A DNA stretch of 64,000 bases from Flectonema sp. DT1601 (GCA_964019425.1 OZ025800.1:124001-188000), one strand, 5' to 3'; counted from the first letter of the stretch, positions 10,915 through 22,794 are shown. The notes: a model not told the origin generated them from the letters alone. Numbers and translations: made by a program.

Positions 10915-11811
10915 TCAAAACAGAGACTCATTTTGGTGTGGCGCAGGCAGCGCTCGACGCCCCGCTCTCGGCGGGACTGAAGCGAGTTCTTTGGCAACTT
11001 CAGATGGCAGGCAGTAGCCATCAAATGAAGCTAGCTGTTCCTTTACTCCCCAAGACTGCCGCTCAGGAGGCTGACCATTATATTTAAGCCGCTCCTTCCT
11101 CCGCGTTGACATTTCCATCTTTTGCTGCTGTCGGAGAGTTGAATCGGGGCTCGTATTCTCTCTTTCTATTACATGTCGAGGTTTGATATGAGGCTTCGTG
11201 GGAGTATAGTCGATCCAAGTTCCTGTTATTGGAGGTCCTCCAGTAATTGCATTACAACATCCTTTCATACTGTTTTAGTAATGGTGTTGTTGAAGAAAGG
11301 GTTTCAAATATGATAGTCACATTACATTACATCACATCACACTACATACCCTCCATTAGCAAGACATTCCTTACGAACTGTGGCGTTTACTTCTCTTCTC
11401 ATTAGTGTTTCTTCATCTGCTGGTGGTGGTTCTTTGTTTCCAACACGTCGTCGTGAGAACCCTGCGTGTGTTTGTTGAATTGTTTTATTATTATTAGTGG
11501 ATGTGATGATTTTACAAACCTTTCAGGAATCGTGTTTCCGTCATTCCAGACTTCTCTTGATTTCCTCTACAGGGTATGTCATTACGAAGTAGTTTATCTG
11601 TTTCACACGGAACAGGATAAGTTTTCTTACCCAAGGGATCCCTTGCAATCTCTGACTCTTTCGGCTTCAGCAATCTTTTATGCCCCCAACCAGTTCCTAC
11701 AAATGTCGGGTCAAATCCACTGCTTAAGTCTGTCGGAGGATGAAGTCTGCTGGCAACAGGGAACTCTGACAAGTTCCCCATCTTGTGCTTCAAGGCGACA
11801 GATGCCGCCAT
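10915..11811 (-). CDS. Hypothetical protein, 3 exons (11811-11520, 11461-11350, 11269-10915)
   Basis: GT-AG introns 11462-11519 and 11270-11349 join ORFs 11512..11811 and 10915..11268 in frame (...RFLK-GFSRRRVGNKEPPPADEE...CLANG-GMKGCC...). No family recognised. Confidence 0.7.
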
Positions 11812-12103
11812 GCTGACAGCTGTCGAGAATATTTATATTAAAAAACTAGGGGGAAAAAAAGAGAGGAAAAAAAAGGAAGCCTCAATTATAAAATAAATAA
11901 TAAACGATTTTACAGTATCAATCCTGTCCATTACATTACCCTATTAGATGGGGATAAAGAAGTTCAGCATCAGTAAACTTGGTATTCAGATTGGAACGTA
12001 TCGTATTGGATCGTCAACGATGTTAGAAAGTATTGATACGAAGTATTTATATAAAATTATATTCCTGTCGAGTAGGTTAATGACATTCAAGACGTCAGAC
12101 GAG

Positions 12104-13279
12104 TTAGGTCTCTCTATTCTCTGCCATCAAACTACGCAAATCAGAATAAGATGAAGCTGCGGGTGGTAGACTTCTCTGGTCCTCAGCAACACAACATGCA
12201 ACTGGCCCAACATCTAACCAAAGTGATTGCAACTCTCTACTCATAGGAACTGATATATCACCTGTTCTACTCGCCCACAAGATAGGATGAGGAATAGAAG
12301 ACGTAGCCTCCGGGATGGGTTGTAATTCCTTCAGAAATGAATCGAGGCAATAAATCGTATCCAGAGTACCAACAATGTTTGCGGTTTCAAGCGGCTTCAC
12401 CTCTTCCGGGTCAACTGGGTATCGGAGTTTGGTAAAGACTCTGCTTTTAATTCTATTCCTTTGACTATCAACATAATTACCTCCCCACAACCATTGCGGC
12501 ATCGGTGAAGGAAGAGTAAGGAGGCAGGAGCTATGAAATTCTTCAACGTAGCTTCGCTCTTCTGAAGTAACGTCTTTGTCGACAGTCCAACTGTTGATTG
12601 ATATTATTATTTATGAACACTAAATATAAATACAGAAGTCGTATAAATCAAATAACAAAAGTCATACCGACGATGCTCTTCTACTATAGAACGAGGATCC
12701 CATCCCTGCAACATTCGTAGGGCGATAACAACAGTACCAGAGACATGTCCACCATCAAGACAGTGAATGTAAGCAGGTTGATTATTCGGATCAATCACCA
12801 TCTCTAACACCTGAGTTATGACAGGCATCAGTAGTACTGGTGTTCCTTTAAACTTTTCACTCAAAATAAAATTTAATTTAATTCCTTCACACGCACAGAA
12901 ATCACGAAGGTCTTGACTTGGCTCTTCAGGTATGAGACTCACGATAGTACGCAGCTTTAATCTGTTGGTGTTTTAATTATTATTATTTTGAACTCCAAGT
13001 ACAATAGCTTAATAGTATACCTTTTCATAAATCTATAATTAAACAGTACCGGATAGGCACCTCGAAATACACCTGCTTCCACAACATGGAATCGAAGAGG
13101 TGGTATCTGTGTTGTTATTTTAATAGAACAAACACGCAGAGGGGGATGCTATTACAGAAGGTAAGACATACCGCAACAGGAAGGGGTCCTCCAAAAGAAG
13201 CCTTTCTTGCTCCTGTTGCGACAGAAGCTGCTGCTGCTAACACACATAAGGCTGATGTTGAGAGCACATCAGCAGACAT
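12104..13279 (-). CDS. Siw14/OCA (PFA-DSP) family tyrosine-phosphatase-like protein, Oca6-like, 4 exons
   Basis: Introns 13107-13171, 12962-13020 and 12591-12667 give IPPLRFHVVEAGVFRGAYPVLFNYRFMKRLKLRTIVSLIPE...PAYIHCLDGGHVSGTVVIALRMLQGW...EERSYVEEF...PQWLWGG, typical of the Siw14/OCA family. Confidence 0.85.
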
Positions 13280-14616
13280 CCCCTCCTGTGAAAATAATTA
13301 GTTGATCAGAGTGTGTTTAATCAGTGAGGTAAGTTGGTATTAATAATCAGTCGATCAAAAAATCTTTCTTCGGACCATTCCCATTACCCAGCGCTCTTTA
13401 GCGAGGGAAATAAGGCGCGGTGTCAGGCCTGTCCTATTCATCGCGTTTGCCCCTCCTTCTTCGGTAGCCAGTATTGTTTAAAACAACACATGCAACACGA
13501 AATCCGTAACAAAAACAAAAGGAACTTCAAAAGAGACGGTCAGTTTTAGGTCTCAGCAGCTCCGAATCGAGAACGTGGAGAGCTTCGAGTGATATTATTT
13601 CTATCGCTGGGGAAACAAATATACTTTAAAAATAAAACACACTTATCCAATTCACATAAACACTAAGCGGAAGGGGTACAACAGGTTTTATTTATGAAAA
13701 AATCGTATTTTCTTCTTTCTCAATATTTTTTAGTTCTTTCTTTAAACAGATTTAATAAAGTAAAAGACTGGTCACCTAAAGAAGAAGAAGTCTTGACAAT
13801 TGTCGAACGGGGGTACCTACTAAAGATCATCAAATATATTTGTGATTCTTTTCTCTAAGAAAGGGATGCAACGTCAGGTTGTATTATTTTTTTCCCACCT
13901 GTTGTCCGATAACAGGAGTCGCTTTATTTCATAATGTATATTGAGAATCATGTCTACCATTCCTGATATAAACTGGGGAGCGATTGTGGTGAAGGGAACT
14001 ACATTCATTCGAGTTTTCGTTTTTTGGGAGTTTTTTTTTTTTTTTTTTTTTTCTTCTTTCTATTTTTTTTTTTTTTAAATTTTTTTAATTCCCATCCAAA
14101 ACAACTTCAAAAAACAATATCAACATAAAAAATAAGAAAAAACAATTCTTTTTTTAAAAAATTGAAATCCCATTTGTTGATTTGAAGAAGACAACGCAAG
14201 CCAAGGAATTCAGCAGAATAAAAAGAGGTTGAACAAGCAATTGTAAACACCGGAAATAAGGTCATTTGCTATCCCCTCTAATACGGAAATGAGTTGGGGA
14301 GGGGTGGTAATTAACCCATCCCGTAGCGAAGAGTGAGTAGTTCTAACTTTCCTGATTAAGAAAAACTAGCTAACCTTATAATAACGCAAGGCTCGTACGA
14401 TATTCTTTTCTTCCAAAGGAAAAAAAAAAAAAAATACAAAATAAAGCACGGGAGGGTTGAAAATAATAAGCAGGGGTTGTATTCCTTTTTTTTTTTGATA
14501 TAGATTATAACAATAGCTAATAAACAGGAGTAAAAGGTTTAGGGAAAGAAGAGACACCCTTCTAAACATTTAAGTTGTGTGGGCCTTAAGCTACAAGCAG
14601 AAAAAATAAAACAAAA

Positions 14617-14639
14617 ACGACGACGACGACGACGACGAC
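14617..14639 (+). repeat. (ACG)n microsatellite, about 7-8 units
   Basis: acgacgacgacgacgacgacgac directly visible, downstream of the kinesin gene. Confidence 0.85.
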
Positions 14640-14913
14640 TACTAGATAATGTACAATACAGGACAAGGGAAGGGGACGAAACTAAATACTAATCCTGTCA
14701 CACATACAGGGAAATTAGATGATTTTATTATTTTTTTTTTTTAATGTTTTTGCAATATTTCTTTTGTTCAATAATCACACAAACAAACAAACAACATAGA
14801 GGTTGACTTTTTGTTTTCTCTCATAAAAAGCGTTCGCTGGCATGCAGCTGTGAAAAGGAACAACCGTCCCAATGATGATCTGAAGAATAATAAACCATTC
14901 ATCAGTAATTTGC

Positions 14914-17805
14914 TTACTTTCTCCTCGAATTTGCCGGACTCTTCCCTCTGCGAGCAGCTAGTCTCCTACTTGGAGAAGTATAGATATCAGAAGGTTTGGT
15001 CCCATCTTTTAAAGGAAAAAAACTGTCGTCCTCACCAATTTGAGGAGTCGGATCCATTTTAAAATCATTGTTGCTGCGGAGTAAAGACAGGAGCTTTGAC
15101 TTTGCTGGAGCATAAGAAGTGTATTCTTTTGAGAAGGACTTCAATAAGTCAAGAAGTTCTAAATAGTCTCGAGATCCACTTGGAGAAACCTGAGCAACCG
15201 CAGCTGACACGCGGTTTGCAAGAGTTGAGTACTTCGCTTCCCTAACTTCTACGTCCTTTAAGAAGGTGTGCATTTCATCATTGAGTGCGATTTTCGTTTC
15301 AAGTCTCATTTTCCATTCTGCATTGCTGGAGTCAAATCGTGACTCGAGTGCAGCTCTCTCCTTCTTCATTTGATGTTCCTTTGTTTTCTTCTCACGATCG
15401 ATTTCTTGAGCATTCTGCTGTTGGAGTTGATAAATTGCTTCTTCCATCTCATTGCGTTGCTTTGAGTACTTCACCTCTGCAACACCTCTGATGGTTTCCA
15501 TTTCATTCATTAAGTCAGCCTCTCTGCGATGGTATTTTGTTCTCCATTCGTCTCCTGCTTTTGAAATTTCCACCTCGAGTGCGTTCTTAACTCTGTGTAA
15601 GTCATCTTTTAATCCATTGTTTGCTCTTTCCAATTCCTCGATCATGATCTCAGCTCCTGCTTTCTCTGCTTGTATTGCAGCAACTCTCCTCTCATTTTCT
15701 ACTTGTAGGTCCATCACTCGAGTGTTTCCGTCTTGGATTTCAGTATTTAATTCCTTCTCACGTTGTCTTGTTTCCTGAACGAATTGTTCGTACTCAGCCG
15801 CAGATGCTTTAATGACGGCGCCAAGGGACTGCTGATGGTTAGCAATAAGACGAGTTCGCTCCTCCTCATATTCGTCCTTCTTCTTTGAAGCTGACTGTGA
15901 TTGAGAGACACGTGTGTGACGTTCCCTTTCAAGATTTGATTCCATCTCTTCGAGGTTCTTCTTAAGAGCTCCTCCAGAAGCTGTTGCTCTGGCGACATCA
16001 ATCTTCAAGTCGGTAGACTCTTGCTGGAGTAATTGCATTGCAGTCTTCTTATCATGAAGTGTTGACTGTAAGTCTGATATTGTGTTCTTAGCCCTCGATA
16101 ACTCACTGGTAATCTGTTCTACATCTTTCCTTAAAGTAACATTGTCAGCACGTAGAGCTGCCTGAACACGCTTGTTAACACACAACTGAAACGCATGATG
16201 GAATGATGATTTCATTCGAAATTCTTTCTCAGTCTCGAGATCATGAGCCAGACGTTCTGCCTGATGTTCTTTTTTAATGAGATCGTCTTGAAGTTGTGTC
16301 ATCGTGTTTTCATTTTGAACTAACTTTGAACGAAGAGAAGTATGCTCTGCGCTGTCTGGTGTGGCCTCTGCCATTTGCTGTTGCAGAGCAAGCATTTCAA
16401 GTTGAAGCTGTTGGATCTTACGAGCTTCAGTATCCTCATTAACGTGTACGATGTTTATAATCTCTCTTGCTTTAGAACCATAACGGAGAGTATTAACAGT
16501 TTCCTCAGCATTGTCAGGATGAGGTGATACATTACAACACATAACAGTCTTTGAATTACCTCCAAGAGAGTCTGACAATAACCAAGTGAGAGTAGCATCA
16601 CGAAATGGAATTGGTTTCTTATTTTTTGGGTTCTTACTGCATTCAACCAAAGCATCGATAACCATCTTTAAAGTTGTTAGAGACTGGTTAATGGATGCTG
16701 CCTCAACAAGTTGTTGTCCTGAAGACTGACTTTTCTTAACTCTTTCTGAACCAGCTAAATCTACTAAACTGATTGAAGCAACCTTTTCATTGATTACAGG
16801 TTTTTCAAACTTTGTTTTTGGAATAGATTTCGTTGTGTGTGTAAAAGATATTCTAAATATAGCATGAGATCTAGATGATCTCTGGTTCATCTTAGTTGAG
16901 GCTACTGAACGTTCACTATTTCCTAACTCAATAAGATTCATACATTCTTCCATACTGGTACAAACTCTTGATGTTAAGTATTGTACGTATGGTCCTGTGA
17001 TAGGATGCTGTCTTACTTTGAGGTTAGATGCGTCAGGAGCATGTCCATGATTTTGTTCTCTTATTGCTTCAATTTCTTGAGGTGTATTTAGATGCCATAA
17101 CAGATCCTTAACGTGTTCGTTATAAATTTCCATGAAACGAACTTCAACACGGCTGCTAAGTTCAAAGTGTTTGGCTTCTTCAGAGTCTCTCTTCTCACCA
17201 ATTACGTCAAATAGACCAGTACAGATTCTTGGAATAATACCTGGATCTTCACCATTATCTCCTCCCATCATTGTGTGAGTCTTTCCTGATCCAGTTTGTC
17301 CATATGCGAAGATACAGTTATTATATCCCGACCAAGTATTCTCAAGGACGTCAATTCCAATCTCCTCAAAGACGTCTTTTTGTGTGTAAATCTTTCCTTC
17401 ACCTTCTTGTTGATCTTGTGGAATAGACCAGATAGCGCTGTCGTATTGAAATCGTTCCTTTTCAACCCATTCACGTTCATAGTCGAGAACCTTTACCATA
17501 CCCGGAGTATTTGGTGGCATCTCAACAATAGAACGAAGATATTCTGCTCTTCCTTCCTGAATAGCAATCTCATGAAGGTGTAATTCACGAGGTACAAAAG
17601 GTCTCACTCTTACAACAACTTTCACACCTGAAACCTCTCCAGATACTGTTGTTGGTCTTCTCTTTGTTGGGCTACTCGCTCCTGCTGAACTTCTTCTATC
17701 ACTACTTTGATCCGATCTCAATTTTGGAGAAATCGGAGAATGTGGACTGACAGGCCTCCCCAGCGAAGGCGGCTCATGTGATACTCGTCGCATACCTGAG
17801 CTCAT
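14914..17805 (-). CDS. Kinesin, N-terminal motor (kinesin-3/Unc104- or K39-like) with long coiled-coil tail, 963 aa
   Basis: VKVVVRVRP, P-loop AYGQTGSGKT, NQRSSRSHAIF, LVDLAGSER, IPFRDATLTWLLSDSLGGNSKT, followed by a heptad-rich tail. Confidence 0.95.
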   Translation of the reverse strand: MSSGMRRVSHEPPSLGRPVSPHSPISPKLRSDQSSDRRSSAGASSPTKRRPTTVSGEVSGVKVVVRVRPFVPRELHLHEIAIQEGRAEYLRSIVEMPPNTPGMVKVLDYEREWVEKERFQYDSAIWSIPQDQQEGEGKIYTQKDVFEEIGIDVLENTWSGYNNCIFAYGQTGSGKTHTMMGGDNGEDPGIIPRICTGLFDVIGEKRDSEEAKHFELSSRVEVRFMEIYNEHVKDLLWHLNTPQEIEAIREQNHGHAPDASNLKVRQHPITGPYVQYLTSRVCTSMEECMNLIELGNSERSVASTKMNQRSSRSHAIFRISFTHTTKSIPKTKFEKPVINEKVASISLVDLAGSERVKKSQSSGQQLVEAASINQSLTTLKMVIDALVECSKNPKNKKPIPFRDATLTWLLSDSLGGNSKTVMCCNVSPHPDNAEETVNTLRYGSKAREIINIVHVNEDTEARKIQQLQLEMLALQQQMAEATPDSAEHTSLRSKLVQNENTMTQLQDDLIKKEHQAERLAHDLETEKEFRMKSSFHHAFQLCVNKRVQAALRADNVTLRKDVEQITSELSRAKNTISDLQSTLHDKKTAMQLLQQESTDLKIDVARATASGGALKKNLEEMESNLERERHTRVSQSQSASKKKDEYEEERTRLIANHQQSLGAVIKASAAEYEQFVQETRQREKELNTEIQDGNTRVMDLQVENERRVAAIQAEKAGAEIMIEELERANNGLKDDLHRVKNALEVEISKAGDEWRTKYHRREADLMNEMETIRGVAEVKYSKQRNEMEEAIYQLQQQNAQEIDREKKTKEHQMKKERAALESRFDSSNAEWKMRLETKIALNDEMHTFLKDVEVREAKYSTLANRVSAAVAQVSPSGSRDYLELLDLLKSFSKEYTSYAPAKSKLLSLLRSNNDFKMDPTPQIGEDDSFFPLKDGTKPSDIYTSPSRRLAARRGKSPANSRRK

Positions 17806-17940
17806 CTTTGAGAAATTACTGCCTGTTAGGAAAATAAATTTTTTTCATCAACATAATTTTATAAAAAAAAAAAAAAACATCAAAAACAAATTTCACAAAT
17901 ACAACAAAACCAAACATATTCTACTCTACTTGTTGCTGTC

Positions 17941-18252
17941 TCACGGTTCAGTACCATATGGCCCGCTTACGTTGGTTGCAAACGCTCTGTGTGAAGATTA
18001 ATATGTAATTAATTAATGATAGAAGTCTATTATAGTAAAGTTACATGTGAGCAACGCATACTTCTTATCAACATCATGGACTACATTGAATTCCACCTGC
18101 CTACCAACAGTCAAGTTCGATCCGCTTACAAGAGAAGCTCTCGGGGTAAATATACATTCACCCCCATACTTTATATACCCAAAGCCTTCTCTATAATTCC
18201 ACTCCGTCACTATTCCTTTTTTTCTTGTAAGTCGACGTAGTATTGGTTTCAT
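17941..18252 (-). CDS. Small cold-shock domain protein (about 78 aa), 2 exons
   Basis: KGIVTEWNYREGFGYI...LTVGRQVEFNV. Intron 17987-18061 (GTATGC...CACACAG) restores the CSD C-terminus KAFATNVSGPYGTEP*. Confidence 0.82.
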
Positions 18253-19687
18253 TTTGTTTCCAACTTTTTTTTTTTTTGTTATTGTTCAAAGAAATTTGGT
18301 TAACATCATTAGTACCAACACAGAAATAAAACTTCTCTATAAGTTATTTGTTTTCAATTGGTGTTAACCTAGAAGCTTTTCCTTTCTTTGACATTCTTTA
18401 CTCGTATCTAGTTTTTTATTTGCGGGTTTAGCTGATTGAAATAAAAATCATAATTTGTTTAGAATATGAGTTCATAAAAAGATTCATCATCCTGGTTGAA
18501 ATAAAGAAATGATTACATTACCACACAACTTGAGAACATTATAACTGACAGGGAATAGTAATCACAAGAAAAGTATTTTGGAGAAGATAGAATAGAAATA
18601 TAGGAGAGCAAAAAAAAAAGAAGAGGGGTGGAAAAAAAAAAAAAAAAAAAGAGAGAAAAAAAAAAGTTTGTTTTTTTTCCCCCCACCTCCTTCATCCTCC
18701 TCTTTTTTTTTTTTTGTTCTTTTTTTTTTTTTTTTTTTGTTATGGCACTATATTTGTAACCTTTTGGGAGGGATGAACAAAAATAAATTAAACGAAACCA
18801 TCACTTCTGCTTTCCAAAAATGCTGAATCAATTAAAGGTAACGGTTGTTGCCCTCAACTTTGGTAAATGCACCACTTAATAAATGACAGAATCATGTACT
18901 GTGTTAAATACTTCAAACAAAAAAAAAAACAAAAAAAAAAAAGCCAAAATAGTGGCTTATTAAGTACTACCTCACTGCCTGTAGTACGTGTCAACAATAA
19001 GAACCAACAATAAATAAATAAAAATAGAGAAAAGCACCGTTTTTCTCTATCCTTCTGTTACTTAGGAATGGGAAAAAAGGTAAAAGGAGATCAAAAAAAA
19101 AAAAAAAAAAAAACATGTGTAAAATAAACCACTACAGAAGTAGTAGAGCAATAGTAAAGCAACCTTTCACATGATCTCACGTCTACCATAGAACTAATTA
19201 TGTTACGTTAACTTGTGTCGTTTATAGTGAAATGCAGCTGAAGTGAACAGTTGCACAACTACTATGTTTTAACAAATATAGTTTCCGATTACATCAAGAA
19301 AAGAAAGAGAGGGGAAAAAAACCAAAACTGCTACTTGAATAAGGTCGCGTGGTTCCTTTTTTATTTTATTTTTGCTACTATTTTTTTTTTAAATTTTTTT
19401 TTTTGGAAGACACACAAAAAAGAAGCTTTGTTCACAACGATTTTCAAGACAAACCGCCACCAGAACTGCTCTTATGGGGAATACTCGACCAGCACCTTGT
19501 AAAAGGAGATCAAATCATTCATTACACGACTTCCAGCACTCGCAGTGCTTAAAACTTCTATTGTTCAACACCTTCGTTGATGAAAAGTGTTTCCAAAATA
19601 TTCAAAACCCGAATTCTATTATTCAGTTTGAATGCCTGCCTTTAACGGACGATAACTATTCCGTCTATGACTGCCAATGAACGAGGT

Positions 19688-19800
19688 TACTTTGTCTTCA
19701 AAAGACTGAACTTATTCTCTGATCAGATTGAGCAATGGGTACTTTGTCTTCAAAAGACTGAACTTATTCTCTGATCAGATTGAGCAATGGGTACTTTGTC
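19688..19800. repeat. 52-bp perfect tandem duplication (2.2 copies) in the Kv channel 3' region
   Basis: tactttgtcttcaaaagactgaacttattctctgatcagattgagcaatggg starts at 19688 and again at 19740, followed by a third tactttgtc at 19792. Confidence 0.95.
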
Positions 19801-19827
19801 AACTCAACTCAGTATGTGAAGGAAAAG

Positions 19828-21461
19828 CTACCTAACTTCTGGTTCATCAATGCGAGCAGAAGTAGATCCTATTGTATTACTACTGGTACTGATTGCAGTA
19901 TTCTTTGAAGGAGAATGTGCTGAATGTGCTCTAGTGGTATCCTCAATTGTAATCATCTGTCCGTGTTGGTCTTCTAAGTTATCGAAGACAGACTCAGATA
20001 TACTTTTTCTCAACTGTGAGAGTCGTCGAGCTTCAGCACTAACAGGATTGACTGGTGCTAAGTCAACGCAGGGATGATCTTCACCGATAGCTGCGAGTGC
20101 CATTCCAGTGGCAGACATACCCCGAGATCTCGATTTCCGTGAATGATTCATGAGAGCTTCTCCTACGCTTATGCGCCGGAGACAGTGTGGACAGTTAGCA
20201 AGTTTTTTCTTTACTTGTGCTGCTACTTCAACTTGAATAACTTCCGCAATGTCTTCTGTGAGTGATTCCATTTTCCAAACTAACCGCCGCAATGCTTCAG
20301 CATCGTCAACGACAGGTCCGACGAAACTTGCAGTAGTTGACGCGTCTGAGTCAACACCCTCTCCACATCGTTCAGCGCGTTCGCGACGTTTCTTGCGAGC
20401 TATTCGTGCTGCCATCTTTTTCCGCTTTCGGAATTGATCGCGAACCTCAGTGAACCGAGACCCTATCATAATAATTGGAAATGCGACAATCAGAAGACCA
20501 ACAAGCATTGCTAATATACCAATACAATAACCTGGTAATGTGACTGGAACGATGTCACCAAAACCAACTGTTGTCACGGTTTCAAGACACCACCAGAAAC
20601 CCATCGGAATAGATTCAAATGGATGGGGTTTTGGACCTCCGTATACCGTTTTTCGTATCCACTTTCGCTTTTCTTCATCCCAGTAAGCAGCTGTTTGTTC
20701 AGCGAAATAGATACCTGAACCGAATAAAACAGTCGTCAAAGTCATTAAAAAGAATAACAATGACAAGGCATCAGTACTACTAGCAAGACACGTCATTACA
20801 ACTTGCACTCCTTCGTTGTATTTTGATAGTTTGAAGACTCGAAATATTCGAGTCAAGCGAATAACTCTCAAAATAATAAGCTCCTTTGCCCCACCATTTT
20901 CACCTCTTGTTATTCTCATAACGATGTCAAGGTAGAAAGGTACGATAGCAACAACATCAACCCAGTTCATAAACGACATCGAAAACTGCTTCAAAGACTC
21001 ACACGTTATTACCTTTATAAAGACTTCTAGTGTAAACCATCCAACACACATTGCTTCAAGTAGAAAGAATCCAAACAGGTCTCTGTCATAGAATTCAGGT
21101 AAGCTCTCAACTGTAAGAACTACTACAGATAAAGTGATTACACTAAATGATAGAAACACGACTGGTTTTGAAGCCCAATGGCTCTCAGCGTATGCTTCTT
21201 CTTCAGATCCAATTGGATCAAGCAGAGCGTGTATTTTTCTAGCTCTGCTGATCTCAATAGCATCAGTGTAGACATCACTTTGTTGAGGCTGCGGTGCTTC
21301 AGTTGCTTCATCTGTTCCTGAGTTACCACTGTCGGTATTCTCCTCCGCGTTCATTGGTCGACTGTTTTTTTGTTTTTGTTATTTTCACAACACCATAAAT
21401 GAATCACTTCATTACAATATTTTAAAACAATTGTTACATACACATCATTATTCTGGGACAT
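19828..21461 (-). CDS. Voltage-gated K+ channel (6TM, Shaker-like core, no T1 domain), 2 exons
   Basis: S4 LRVIRLTRIFRVFKLSKY, pore FWWCLETVTTVGFGDIVP, S6 AFPII. A 20-nt first exon (21461-21442, MSQNNDV) joins in frame via intron 21362-21441. Confidence 0.92.
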
Positions 21462-22062
21462 TCATTTAGACCGGTCACCTGCTGACAGGTCGTAATACTA
21501 CAGCAGAGCGTCTTGTGCCGGGGAGGTGGGGGGAGGGGGGGACGGAACTCTGAGAAGGAAGATAAATTGATATCAAATAATTTAAAACAATAATAAATAA
21601 TTCCGCACATTTTTTTTATTTTACCTTGTACACTCACAACACATTTGTATGTCTTTGAGAAATAAATAAAACATAAAAAGAAGACACTGCCAACACAACT
21701 CTTTATGCGTCGTCAACACATCGTGTATTGATTTCACAATGTGGACAACTTTGAAAGACCGAGTGAAGTGAAAACCAACTTCCAAAGGCAATCACTTCAC
21801 TCAAGGAAATATTGAAAAATGGAGAGGAAGAATTAAAATAGAAAACAAGCAAATAGATTACTGAATCAAATTGCCATCAAATCATCTGCTGGGTGTGAAC
21901 CATCGAGGCCGACTAGTCAGCCTTCTGAAGGATCACTCAATTGTATAAAAAGAGGAAAAATAATAAAAATGAAACGACTTCGACGAGATATCTGTATCGC
22001 ATACTCGGAACTTCCAAGTAGTGAAATCCCATCGCACTAAGTCACTGAGTAGTGGAATCTAA

Positions 22063-22794
22063 TCACGCTACGACATCAAAATTTATCCAACGAGGAGCAG
22101 GAAGGCAGTGACGAGGGCACATTCTCGCATCAGGTCCCTGTGGTCTGGGGTTGCTTGTCTTTGGGCAAAAGTGTACTCTCACACACTTACCGTCATCAGG
22201 AGTGCAAACATTTGGCTCCTCGCAGTTGTGCGGTCCGCGGTGTTTGCAAACATCTTCTTCTTGAGCTCCGAAGATGGCGATGTACTTCGCGTCATTCTCA
22301 AGTTCTGGAAGCAACACGTGCTCCCCAGCCTCAACACGAATTCGGAACGCAACCATCGGCTGAACGAACTTCTCAAACATGTCCGGAACAATAAATCCTG
22401 GAGCACAAGAACCTCCCTGGTGACCCTGAGCAGTCAGAGCCGATGCCAATCCTCCGTTGACAGGACCTGAGCATCCCGGGCAGTGGTACACATTCACAAA
22501 GAAGTCACATCCGATGTGATCAGAGTTTTCATTGCATCTCAATTTGAGTACACTCCCCCTCGGAGTGACTTCATGAACTGGGAAGTAGTATTGGTTTAAC
22601 ATCACTGATGGAATGTTAATCAGTTCTTCATTATCATTTCCAAAAGGAATTCTCAAATCATTACTATCTTTCATAACACGTTGTACTCTAACTGTTGAAT
22701 AATGTCTTCTTAGGATGTGAACTTCTGGACCGCTGATGGCTGCACCGTTGACAGTGGCTGCCAACATAAATAGAATTGCTGCGAATGCCTTCAT
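22063..22794 (-). CDS. Secreted cysteine-rich protein of unknown function (243 aa), array copy 1/17
   Basis: Signal peptide MKAFAAILFMLAATVNG|A, 12 Cys including HCPGC, no TM or GPI tail. Pyrimidine-rich acceptor CTATCTCCCCAATACAG 30 nt upstream of the ATG. Confidence 0.88.
   Translation of the reverse strand: MKAFAAILFMLAATVNGAAISGPEVHILRRHYSTVRVQRVMKDSNDLRIPFGNDNEELINIPSVMLNQYYFPVHEVTPRGSVLKLRCNENSDHIGCDFFVNVYHCPGCSGPVNGGLASALTAQGHQGGSCAPGFIVPDMFEKFVQPMVAFRIRVEAGEHVLLPELENDAKYIAIFGAQEEDVCKHRGPHNCEEPNVCTPDDGKCVRVHFCPKTSNPRPQGPDARMCPRHCLPAPRWINFDVVA

Noticed and set aside
22030..22065. Selenocysteine or readthrough at the array gene's TGA with a SECIS in the structured UTR
   Set aside because: A second in-frame TGA follows after six codons, and no AUGA/GA SECIS core was identified.
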